A DNA stretch of 64,000 nucleotides from contig OZ249437.1 in assembly GCA_965235115.1 (NCBI GenBank), positions 5,456,001-5,520,000 on the forward strand, read 5' to 3'. The notes beneath the pieces are model-generated. The model made no database searches. It was given only the letters and a program-made list of their open reading frames with translations, and had not been told where the DNA came from. This DNA comes from Laetmonice hystrix. Lineage: Eukaryota. The translations under genes were made by a program, and so were the position numbers. Positions 45,468-57,164 of this stretch are shown here, piece by piece. How positions within the stretch are numbered: the stretch's first letter is position 1; every line of letters starts with the position of its first letter.

Positions 45468-47060
45468 GACCATTTCACAAAAAATAAAACTATAAAAACA
45501 GGGAGTTCCAAACGTTCCGTTTTTGATTATACACATATTCCTTTCTAAAGTAAACACCAACAGTTAACTTTGACTGGCCATGTGCATTATCTAATTCGTG
45601 CGTGTAAACATCCGCCACGAATTACTGCGTCGTTATTGTAGCAATGTAACAATAGAACAATTGGGCTGTGGTAAGCCCCGACAGGTGTGCCTTCTCAGTA
45701 CTATCCCCTCTATGTCAACACAACCTTTCCTTAACACAAACATGGTGCTACCCCGACACCTAAAACAGCGCGTGATCACCAACTATAAAAACTGATCTTA
45801 CGATGTCCCAATAATCTGAGTACTAGTTTTGATGGTCATTCTTTGTACGCATTTCATAATTATGTTTCCAACGGAACCTGGTTTGGGATGAGATTTCGTT
45901 TCAAAATGCACGATTAAAGTGAGCTCACTATGTGGTGAAGAAAATGTGGGCCCTTGTTAATGTTTCATTTCATTCCAAAAACTAAGAAAATGGTCCGAAT
46001 TAACATAAATCCTTGAATGAGGTCTTTTCTAAACTGGAAATGGCAAAGACTACTTATTATATTTCCTAATTTAATCGTTATATAAACCGTATTTATAATA
46101 GGATCAGTCAATTATTGTCTTATTGGCAGGTTAAACTCGCCTATACACGTAAAATACCCCAGTGCAATATCGATTAACCTAACTGAGAGGGGAGGGCAGG
46201 ATAGAAGATGCCGCACCGGTGAACGCGAATACGGCAGGTGATGATATAGGTGACAGGTGATGAGGGATAATAGAATAGCCAAATAGAATACCCCACCCCC
46301 GCCCTTACCTCTCCCCCAATCCCCACCCTCAACTCTCCCCCACCCCATCTCTACCCCCACCCCCACCCCCACCTCTCCCCCACCCCCACCCTCACCTCTA
46401 CCCCACCCCCGACCTCATTCAGTCGCCTGTAACAACACGCCGGTCACGGTCGGCTGAACACATAAAACCCGGAATACAGACTTTTTTCTTTTTCATCTTC
46501 TTTCTTCTGGGAGTGCACTACAGACCTGACTGACCGGGAAAATCCGAGACCCGGCCGGACCCGACCCGGACCCGACCCGGACCCGCCCGGCGAGTGGTAT
46601 ACTTGTCGTGCTGGATTCATGCACGGACAATGCTGTCTGTGGGATGACGTGTTTTTGAATTAATGACTGGTCGTATAGACCTGCAGTGTATTAACCAATC
46701 AGGAAGGTTTTCATGCAGGCACATTCGATAGGATCTGAAATAGAAAGGTTGCGTGCAGTTTGCCGTGTATTCGGAACTTAAAAATTACTACCACACCTTT
46801 GATCGCCACTTGGGGCCGACCATTGTATAGGGGCAGGAAGAATTTTTTAAGACAGATTTTTTTTTTCAGGGGCGGGGGAGGTTCACTGAGCCGGAAGATT
46901 TTATTCAACCCACTGACAGCTCAATTATTGTTTATATACTTTCACGGCTGTCATTTCAGTATATATTCAAGTAATAAAATCGAAATCCATCAATACTCTA
47001 GTCCATTCCAAAGGTGTCGTTCAAGAAGCTTGACCAGTCACAGACGCCACACTAGAGTAA

Positions 47061-47152
47061 ACTACAATACTATTATAGTCTACACTACAATACTATTATA
47101 GTCTACACTACAATACTATTATAGTCTACACTACAATAATATTATAGTCTTC
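47061..47152. repeat. 23-bp tandem repeat x4
   Basis: ACTACAATACTATTATAGTCTAC units. Confidence 0.9.
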
Positions 47153-47415
47153 TACTTTAGTAAACAACGAAAGTTTTAATGTTTGCTTAACACCTGGATT
47201 ACGGTTGTTTCGCGGCCAATCAAATCTGAGCACCTAATTATTTTTTTCTAAACATGGGAGGAAGAACATTTTTCAATAGAGGGAAACAGATAGTGTTTTC
47301 TCTCAAAGAAAGGGGAGCGGGAATTTTGTTCTCTCTAGGAATCCTTCCTCTCCCTATCAAAGTTAAATGGTCGGGCCCGTAACAACAAGAGGGACGTGCT
47401 TCTCTTTATACAAGT

Positions 47416-47695
47416 ACCGGTGTCCCAATTTCAGGTTACCCCCCCCCCCATAAGATTACCGGGGGGTAACCTGAAGTTAACTTCAAACTACCCCCCCCCC
47501 CGGTAATCTGAATTTAGTTTCAAAAAGCCCCTCGGTTAGGGTTAAGGTAAGTTTGGGGTTAGGTCTATTTGAATGAACGCGCTAAACATTTTTTATCCAA
47601 AGTTTATTTTGAGGGAGATTTGAAATTAACTTCAGATTACCGGGAGGTAACTTCAATGGGGGGGGGGGGGGGTAATCTGAAATTGTTTCACCGGT
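47416..47695. mobile_element. MITE with inverted ends and internal GGTTAG-like motif
   Basis: ACCGGTG..CAATTTCAGGTTACCCCCC vs GGGGGGTAATCTGAAATTG..CACCGGT. TSD unclear. Confidence 0.6.
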
Positions 47696-47795
47696 TTAAG
47701 TGCATGGAAAGTTCCCTTGATCCCTATGTTAGGCATAATTTAATAATCGTTAATAATCAGTATCATGATCGTCGTCGGTCGTTAATAGTGACATT

Positions 47796-47870
47796 AGTGA
47801 CGGACATTTTGACCGTCGGTAGTGACGGACATTTTGACCGTCGGTAGTGACGGACATTTTGACCGTCGGT
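47796..47870. repeat. 25-bp tandem repeat x3
   Basis: AGTGACGGACATTTTGACCGTCGGT units, each containing a GACGG/CCGTC stem. Confidence 0.9.
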
Positions 47871-50209
47871 TGTGACATTATATTGAAAAGTACTTCGACC
47901 TCTTGTATAATATTTGATTGATGGCCAACATAATCACAGATAATATAGGGCCCTACTCTTTTTATAAGTCTAAATCAGGGACAAATATCATCGTTTTCTT
48001 GTGACTAATGACAAAAATAACGTAAACGACGGTCGTTCTTTTAGTAAGACTGCCTGCTAGTTTACCTTCACTGTTTCAAATTGGATAAACAGGAATATAA
48101 GACTCAATATTTTGATGTTCGTATACACCGCTGTCTGCTCATCGCTACTGTGATAGCTTCATGCACCCTTTATATTATACATTACATTATGCGCTGCTGT
48201 GTTTTTTTTTGTTGGTCAAAATTATAATAATGCAAGCCAATCAGGCGACCTTAAACATTGTATCAACTCTACATTTTACAAGAAAGGAAAAGAGCCTGGG
48301 CTGAGGTCGATATGGATGGATGGACAGGGTGTGTGTCGTGTGTCAGGGTACTGATGCCCTGAGGCCTGCCGGGGGTACCGGCAGTGATTACAGAAGGAAC
48401 ACGCGCCGCTCAAACATCTATTATTGTAAACGTTTCTAGGGGTCTCACTGCATGTAGAAAGCCGGCGATGATTCAAGAAATTGTTTTTCGAAATTTGGAA
48501 AATTACACGTTTAACTCATTTCATGCGCGAATTTGGTCGCTGGTAAACCTATGACCAAAATGGTACTTTGAAATCAATGCTGTTTTTATGACAGTGCCCT
48601 GTCAGTATAGGGCAGACGTTGCCTTCACCACTGACCACCTGAACCGCCCGCGGCCTCGAAACCATCCACCGGCAAATGACGCCGGCGACAGATGCGTCCC
48701 TGCTCGGCCCTATCTGCAGGATTCCAACAGCGTCGCGGCGACTATCGCTTACTATCAGTCAGGTCGGCGAACGTTCACCACGACCGGCGACCGGCGAAAC
48801 GTTTAGGGAGAATCGACACACCCGTCACACGCGTGTCGCTAGTGTCATATTCTGACGCCTGTCAGTTGAAATAAATGGTTATGATCGCATGTGGTAATAA
48901 AGGCATATGCATTGGTGTATCAAAAAGAACCCCCAGAAGTAATTATAAAATGTGTGAAAGCAACAGAATATATTTTAATAAAGTTGAAACCAAAATGTAA
49001 TACAGACCTGCCAAATCTTTTTGCTACCATTGCAAGTGCATGGGAAAATCTCCCACTTGAGGTAATCCCAAACGTTCACATGTCAGTCGGGAGTTCGGGA
49101 GAAAAAGACAAACCCCCTCCCCAAATTCGGGAGTTTTGCCAGGTCTGTGTAAAGGCGGCAGGTGCCACAAGGGACACATTGACTTGGGGTCCGTTTTATC
49201 AGCCATCTTCAAGATAAGACACGAACAAGTCAGTTTTTAATATTGACAAAGTTAAAATAGAGAGGGTTATAGGCCTATTAGTATAGACTGGCCTGGGGCT
49301 CGGTTTTTGAGCTAACGGTTGGCACACGAGATGGCACGAACGCTCCCACTTTCCATCGTTCGGTCTGGGCATGGTGTCTTTCGCGCTTATGACATATTAT
49401 TACATAATTTTAAAAAATCAATGTTCTTTCGTAAAGCTAACCCCTACGTATCCACTTGCGTGGACGCGGACACGGACACGGACACGTCTAAAATCACTTA
49501 TATTGAAATAGGAGGGGGTTGTCCACTTAAATGCAGTGCGGAGCACGGTCAGCCATACCAGCATCCCCTCCTATTTCAATACGAGCGATTTTAAACGTGT
49601 CCTTAAAACATGGAATATGGCATATCTATACCAATAAAATCTTTAACCTTTCTGAAGCTGGAATATAACATAAGACATGTATATTGGACAGGAAAATAGG
49701 CCTAGCTGGCAGCGAGATTGCCTAACCTGTATTTTAGGGGTAGGCCTATCAGGAGCTGATCGGGGGCGGGCGGGGGGGGGGGGTTAAAACAAAAAGGAAA
49801 AAAAAGAGTTGTTCACGCTGCCAGTTCACCACTCAGACCCCCCCCCCCCCCCCTCTCAAAGTCCTTAATCCGTCCTGGGTATTATTTTATGAACCTGGCG
49901 GCCGGCAGCGGCTTGACAGCGCACGTGGCCCGAGCCACTGTGTGTGCTGCCACCTGGTGGAGCATACTGCATCACCAATTCAACACCTCCCCCTAGCAGC
50001 ATACTATGTCATCATGAAGCTGTTGGGTAACTGAGCTTGTTTCCGGCTCACTCACTAGGTGGCTCTGTGGTCGACGCAAGTAGGAAGATGCTACTCGATC
50101 TTTAACCACTACAGACAGTGCCAGTCACTACAGGCAGTGCCAATTAAAACACAAGCCACGCCCAGTCTCCGCCCAATTCGATTCGGATACACGACTGACA
50201 CGGGGCCAA

Positions 50210-51690
50210 CTGACTGTAGGTAATACTCCCCTATATATATCCCACCTGCCTGTAGTGATTAGGAACCTATACGCCACCTGCCTGTTTGTTTTGTGTTTTT
50301 TCTTTCTTTTTTTTCTTTTTAAATGCACGGGCATCAGGCGTAACCCAGTTACTTTGAGAATGTCCGGAAAGAACCCTATATACCTCACCTGACTGTAGTG
50401 ATTAGGACATAATACGCCACCTGCCTGTATTTTTCTTTTGAAATGCACGGGCATCAGGGGTAACCCAATTACTTTGACAATGTCCCTAAAGAGAAAAGTT
50501 GTATAGTCCTCTACAGGAATCGAACCCAGGCCCTAAGATTACTGCACCCATTCGCGTGATTAGGAACCTATATACACCACCTGCCTGTAGTGATTAGGAA
50601 CTTATACCCACCTACCTATAGTGATTAGGCCCCTATATACCCCACCTGCCTGTAGTGATTAGGAATGTATAGATCTATACGCCACCTGCCTATCGTGATT
50701 AGAGCCTTATATGCCCAACCTGACTGTATTTCTTTTTAAATACATGGGCATGAGGCGTAAGCCAATTACTTTGAGAATGTCCGGAAAGAGAAAAAGTTGT
50801 ATAGTCCTCTACTGGAATGGAACCCCGGCCCCAAGATTACTGCACCTATTTGCATAGCATAAGGTATCGACGCCCATGCCCACTCGGCCACCGCCACTTC
50901 CCTATAAAGAAAGCTTTGGGGGTCGAGCAGGACAATGGACCCTCCCCCCTCCACACATCTTCCGAGATGAGACGGCATCCAGATAGAGTGATTAGGACCC
51001 TATATTCCCCACCTGACTGTTTTTTTCTTTTTAAATGCACGGGCATCAGGCGTAACCCAGTTACTTTGAGAATGTCTGGAAAGAGAAAAGTTCTATAGTC
51101 CTCTACTGGAATCGTACCCCGGTCCCAAGATTACTGCACCCATTCGCATAGCATAATGTATCGACGCCAATGCCCACTCGGCCACCGCCACTTCCCTAAA
51201 AAGAAAGCTTTTAGGACGCTATACGCCACCTGCCTGTATTTTTCTTTTGAAATGCACGGGCATCAGGGGTAACCCAATTACTTTGACAATGTCCCTAAAG
51301 AGAAAAGTTGTATAGTCCTCTACAGGAATCGAACCCAGGCCCTAAGATTACTGCACCCATTCGCATAGCATAATGTATCGACGCCAATGCCCACTCGGCC
51401 ACCGCCACTTCCCTAAAAAGAAAGCTTTTAGGACGCTATACGCCACCTGCCTGTATTTTTCTTTTGAAATGCACGGGCATCAGGGGTAACCCAATTACTT
51501 TGACAATGTCCCTAAAGAGAAAAGTTGTATAGTCCTCTACAGGAATCGAACCCAGGCCCTAAGATTACTGCACCCATTCGCATAGCATAAGGTGTCGACA
51601 TCCATGCCCACTAGGCCACCGCCACTCCCCGTGATTAGGAACCTCTATACCCCACTTGCCTGTAGTGATTAGGAACCTTTATAAACCGCT
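50210..51690 (-). repeat. Complex tandem array (217-bp period) of tRNA/SINE-like Pol III units
   Basis: Minus-strand A-box TGGCCGAGTGG at 50880, 51174, 51391 and a variant at 51608. B-box GGTTCGATTCC at 50516, 51325, 51542, with variants at 50814 and 51108. TTTT follows each B-box. A ~35-bp GTGATTAGG..CCACCTGCCTGTA subrepeat is interleaved. Confidence 0.85.
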
Positions 51691-52320
51691 TAGCCGTGGT
51701 ATATCTGTCGCACTTCATTATCCATACGCAGTCGATGGACTACACAACGTTGGGCCCTGAACGAGCATAATGTGACGCTCTGGGACGTCACCAGAGGGGA
51801 TTATTTTGCCATATATAGGCCTACCTCCCTAGGGAGGGTTATCAATCGAACACGTGACGCTGTCTATGAGGTCTGCATAAATTAAAAGTTTACCAACTCC
51901 AACGCAGTCTTTGCCGACGTTTACCAAAGCCTGAACATGCTTCTGGGCTCTAACTGTCGAGTATAGATATCATGAAAAGGATCTACGCCCTGGAACTGAA
52001 GATTGGCTGTATAAAATAGACATATCTTGCCAACATTACGTTAGATTGTGTTTGTTTACATGTCGAAGCGAGCCTTGTCGCCGCACCTGCCAGCTACTGT
52101 CAGCTCACAAGGTGGGCGGGGCATGAAGACGGCTCCACCAATAAGATTAGAGGGTTGAAAATTTGCATATGGGTCGAAAGCATTATGGGATGTCGATGGA
52201 TGACACAACGGAATGGCCACGGAAAGGCGGAACGGGCATGCACAAACAAACGCCAAAAAATGCGAGTAAATGTAGAGATCAAGTGCTTTATTTAATATAA
52301 AATTTGGTTTATAAAGGCAT

Positions 52321-53546
52321 TAGACCCTGGCCTTTGGTGGTCGCCCTCGGGTCTGGGGTCAAATAACCATTCCCTCGGGGCTTCGCCTAAATATACCCCA
52401 ACTGACTGTAGTAATTAGAGAAGCTGACTCGGAGTGTATGCCAACTTGAAACTTTTGCTATGGATGTCATTGCTACCTTCTTCAGTATCCGTTTTGCATA
52501 ATATTAGGTCATTATTGCAATGTGTGTATGCATATCTGGTATTGTAATTCGCTACTGGAATTTTTGCATAGTATTCGTCAAGTACGTTCACTCATAGAAA
52601 AGAGAGCACTTCAGTCTTCACTGTTTAAGAGGCATCGAGGTATTACTATATCAAAACCATGTCTACCTCCATCTATTGGCATTGTGTAAATATCGTGTGC
52701 TTCATGAAAGTATTCAAAATAACCGTAAAACTTTTCTGTCACGTACGTTCGCTAGAGATAAATTGTTGTGAAATGTATACTTCCCATTTGAGCATCTTCT
52801 CCAAATTTTAACATTAGATGCTCCTCGCCTATACCTTTCATTTCCACTACATCACTGTACTGTTTGCTTGGGTACTAGGCCAGCCAGTACCAGTACCACG
52901 TAGGGACTCCTCACTGTACTGTTTGGCCTCCCCTACTGTTTGGCCTCACTGTACTGTTTGGCCTCACTGTATTGATCTGTCAAGTGGACCAAAATATGTA
53001 GTGATTAGGCCCCTTTATAAACCGCTTAGCCGTGGTATATCCGTCGCACTTCGTTATCCATACGCAGTCGCTGAACTATACAACATTGGGCCCTGAACAA
53101 GCATATCCGCTCTGTGACGCCACCAGAGGGGGTTATCTTGCCATATACCTACCTCCACGGTGGGAGGGTTATCAGTCACGTAGTCTGTCTAAGACGTTTG
53201 CATAAATTAAAAGATCACCAACTCCAACTCGGTCTCCACCGACGTTTACCAAAGCCTGAACATGCTTCTGTCGAGTATATATTTATAAACCGCTTAGCCG
53301 TGGTATATCCGTCGCACTTCATTATCCATACGCAGTTGATGGACTACACAACGTTGGGCCCTGAAGGGGCACCAAAGGGGATGCCATACCTCCCTTGGGA
53401 GGGTTATCAATCGAACACGTGACCTGCCTATGACGTCTGCATAAATTAAAAGTCTGGCGTCAGATAACGTTTCCCTTGGGGCTTCGCCCCTCGGGAAGGG
53501 TTATCTGACACCAGACACTCGGGCGACTACCAAAGGCCAGGATCTA
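52321..53546. mobile_element. Palindromic MITE arms bracketing a duplicated block
   Basis: TAGA(C/T)CCTGGCCTTTGGT(G/A)GTCGCCC in inverted orientation at both ends; the right end contains most of a palindrome centred on GGGCTTCGCCC. Confidence 0.55.
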
Positions 53547-54520
53547 ACCTCTAAATATCCCCCGCCTGACGGTTTTACCGTTTGTTTGCTTACGGTTTTA
53601 CCGTTTGTTTTCACAGTAATCACGGTAATATACCGACAGCCCAGCTTCCAGTATTTTTACCGTAAAAAAAACGGGATATTTTTTAGTGTTGAAATAAAAG
53701 GCAATCTGGGATCCGCCTTTATTGTTGATTGCATGAACAACGTCTGGTGGTCATCCTGACTGGAAATTGGTATTACATAAAGTTTCTTTCTTACCGCCAT
53801 GGATTCATGCCATTTTGAACATCTGGCAGCTCTGTTTGTAAAGCCCCAGAGTAGTATACATGTATATAAAGTTTATTATATGTCCTAATCCTTGTACATT
53901 TATATGAATATTGTGCAGAATCATACTAATTGTTGAGTATAGGAAGAGTTCTTTGGTGCATATAAAATAGAAAAAAAAAGAATGTCGACGAACCGAATAG
54001 CATAAGGTCGATGTCAACCGCGAGTCCATATTTCTCACTGGCCCTCCCCAGTGCTCCAATTAATAACTGGGTGATCAAAGACAAAGTATGTCCAGCCGTT
54101 TATGAAGAATCTGTGGTTGAAGTGTTATCAAATACAAAGTCGGGGCACAGTGGATCATTTCACTTTTTATTGATGATTCGCTGATGTTGAATGACTATTC
54201 TCTACGATGTTATGTACAACATCCACCTGTAACCAGTATAGAAATAAGGCACACAGTCTGTTAAAGGCAATCGATCACCCTACGGCCGCCGATTTTCGCG
54301 AAGCGCTGTCCCCAATCTCCTATGAATCTGCGTATTTCAAGCTTACCTGATCTTGAATCTATCCCACTGGACTGATAAAACATTCTGTCGTATCCATAAC
54401 ATTCTTGTTCTATAGGTCTATTGTTGATTATGAGCCATAATGAGGTAATACGTCCCATATTTATTCACCTCAATGGACTGAGAACCGAGAACGACCGCCA
54501 TGGCCGCGTTAGCATTGTTA

Positions 54521-54560
54521 GGGCGGTCGTTACTATAGCAACGGGATTGGGCGCATGCGT
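54521..54560. promoter_or_regulatory. Promoter-like cluster: GC box, RFX X-box, CCAAT, NRF1-like
   Basis: GGGCGG 54521, GTTACTATAGCAAC 54529-54542, ATTGG 54546 and GCGCATGCG 54551 within a CpG-rich patch. Confidence 0.55.
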
Positions 54561-55516
54561 TGCCTCGCACTGCTCCGCCAGCCCTCCCCCCCCCCCCCGC
54601 GGAATCCAAATAAGGGCATGATGTGATTCGCGTGCTCTCGTCTCTAGCCAAATGGGTCAACGCTTAATTCATTAAAAATATTGTCAATATGGACGCGCCA
54701 TGGTACCAGACTGCAAAAAAAACCCTTATAATAATTGTTTTTACTCAAGTTCTGATGAATTGACTGCGTTTATTTCAATTTTCGGATCGATTACCTTTTA
54801 ATAGTAGATATGTGGAAAAAGAAAATTCCTGATCCATTGTGCCCCGGCTTACCCATCATAGTATTTTCTCGTCAGGTCGCTGTGACATTGGTGCTTACGT
54901 TGTATTTATAGACGGTCTATATGAAACAACCGAGGTGGAGTTGGTCTTTTATTTTTCAAAAGATGACCAATGTTTTATGACTATTAATAGACTAATTCAC
55001 ATATTTGTTTTCCATTTAGATTCACGGTGATTGCTTGCCATATTTCCTATGACCAGCTATGATCTCTTAGATAGGGTTGGTGATATGCAGTCATGCGTGT
55101 CGTCGTGCGATCCCGTGTGTAAGCCAGGCTGCTGGGGTTCCCACTGGTTTGAGGGGAGGGAGGTGGACTTTAGTTTATGCATGCAGTCTGTTGTAAACAG
55201 TGACCTGTGCGTCCTACACGTGATGTGCGCATTACATAGTGCAGAATTAAGCATTTCTCCATGGAGGTGACATCTTCCAGGCTTCACATAAAGCAGTTCA
55301 TCGCACCGAGTATCAAGGTCACATCTGGTCCATAATTATACGTCGTGACCCACTTATTTTTATGAACTGATAGATATGATGGACAAATATTTTTTTTAAT
55401 TTTAAAGAGGGGTGTTTTATGAATACATATTTAGCAATCATCAAGGAACAGTTGATAACGGAGCGCCTGGCCTACAAGCTAGCAATGCATGACTTTATTC
55501 CAAGATCCCAGTCACG

Positions 55517-57164
55517 TTATTTGATCAAATAAGAATGTTTATACCTTTCTAACTGGAATGATCTCGATGCGGCTTCTTTGAAAGAATACAGTCTGTTTTG
55601 GGTATCGAAGTCATTTAACTGACACCGCGTTTCCTCGAAGAGATCCATGGCTTCGATCAATGTAAGTCGCAAGTGATCTTGTAAAATTCGTCCATTCCAT
55701 ACCAAGAGACGGTGCTGCATAATACACGTAAGGGGTTCACTGAACAGAAAAACTGTCATTACTGTTGTCAGTAACGTCCAAGGAGTCGCTTCATTGACTG
55801 CCAATGCCATGCTTCCGACAAGGACACTGAGCAAGACGGCAGTTTGTACGGAGAGATACGTCCATATGCAAACAAAGAGTGAAAGTGTACGACCCCGGGC
55901 TACAGTTCCGTCATCCCAGGCGGTCACCTCCACATTATGGCGTAGTTTTCTTTCTTGCCAATACAGACACATCGTTTCAATCGTCCGTATAAACACACAA
56001 TAGAATGCTGTAATGGTTTCCAATCCTGTTAGTAAGGTCATGTGCCTGACATCCTCAAGGGGCATGAAGGTTTTTAAACAAGCAAGCAGGAATGTTACGA
56101 AGAGTAAGATCCAGATTACCAGGGGGGAACTAAACCACCGCCATGCCAAGAGTGAGGACATTCCATCGATTACCCTGTAAGGAAAAAGTGGTGGAAGTAA
56201 GAAGAGAGAATTATTTGTGCCATAAAAAACTCTAATTTCATTTTTTAAACTGATTGGTTGTATTGCCGTTTTATGCGAATGCATAGTGTACGTATAGCAA
56301 GTATACATTTGTGTACTTAAAAATGAACTAAGATGTTTCAGAGATAACAGGTTCCTCACTGCTATTGTTACGCCCACAATGATATCCATATACATTTGTG
56401 CATTTACTTCCGTAAGACACGCCACACACATTTTTACACACCTAAAAAGTTCCAAAAACACAAAACACTGTCAACCTAGTCACAGAACTAATTTTACTTT
56501 TCTAGTATCCTAAATTCGATTCACAAAACTTGCCGCAAATGTCGGCGACGTTGCGATGGTAACCAGTTTAACATCCTGACACCCATTGACTTTATGCTTA
56601 GCGGTTATTGTCATCAAGGATACTCGGTTTTAGAATACAAAGGCTAATTCTTTAAATTTTATTTATTTTTGGAAAATTATTGAAAGAAATCCCGCATATT
56701 TCAGTCATTTAATGTTAGAAATCTCGGGCTGCGCCATCTTACAGCCGACAACAGTGTTTTCTTGGGAGAACTAGATGGCACAATTGGTCCTAGTACACAA
56801 AACTTCCAGGAAATCGTCTTTGCTGAATCCATTTTTTATGTTTTCCTCGAAATCCGCTAAGGGAGATATACGAGTACTCACTGCGCTTACCATACCTGTT
56901 ATTATATATAGTCTGTTCTATGTCCTCAGTGTATGCTTTCAGCCGGATCTTGGCTCCGGCATGCGATTCGACCATGGGTTCCTGGGGAAGAAAGCTGTCC
57001 AGACATGGCAGACAGGCGAGCATCCCACCAGCACATGGTCCGTCCAGCTGTCGCTCTCGGTCAATGTAGTGTCTTGTAGCATACTGGTACACCGACCCTC
57101 GGCCCAGGATGAGAGCCCCAATGCGAACCTTTTCTGGTTCCGGGTTCGGTGACATGTGTGCCAT
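55517..57164 (-). CDS. Uncharacterised ~308-aa protein with about four TM helices; exons 57164-56896 and 56174-55517
   Basis: A phase-2 donor AACAG|GTATGG (56896) joins the pyrimidine-rich acceptor TTTTTCCTTACAG (56174) in frame (NN-R-VIDGM), giving 927 nt. Hydrophobic stretches are SPLVIWILLFVTFLLACL, TITAFYCVFI, LSLFVCIWTYLSVQTAVLLSVLVGSMALAV and WTLLTTVMTVFLF. I do not recognise the family. Confidence 0.72.
56550..56563. promoter_or_regulatory. RFX X-box-like palindrome in the intron of the 4-TM gene
   Basis: GTTGCGATGGTAAC, one mismatch to GTTGCCATGGTAAC. Confidence 0.5.

Noticed and set aside
45198-45560. ORFs spanning the N run
   Set aside because: Artefacts of the assembly gap.
50880-51620. 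Genuine tRNA genes
   Set aside because: A and B boxes are present, but I could not form acceptor or anticodon stems; treated as SINE-like.
52430-52780. Mostly open, hydrophobic plus-strand frame (possible membrane-protein pseudogene)
   Set aside because: Three internal stops, no recognisable motif and no splice support.
56175-56461. First ~95 aa of the 314-aa ORF
   Set aside because: AT-rich sequence ending in a polypyrimidine tract and AG at 56175; interpreted as intron.
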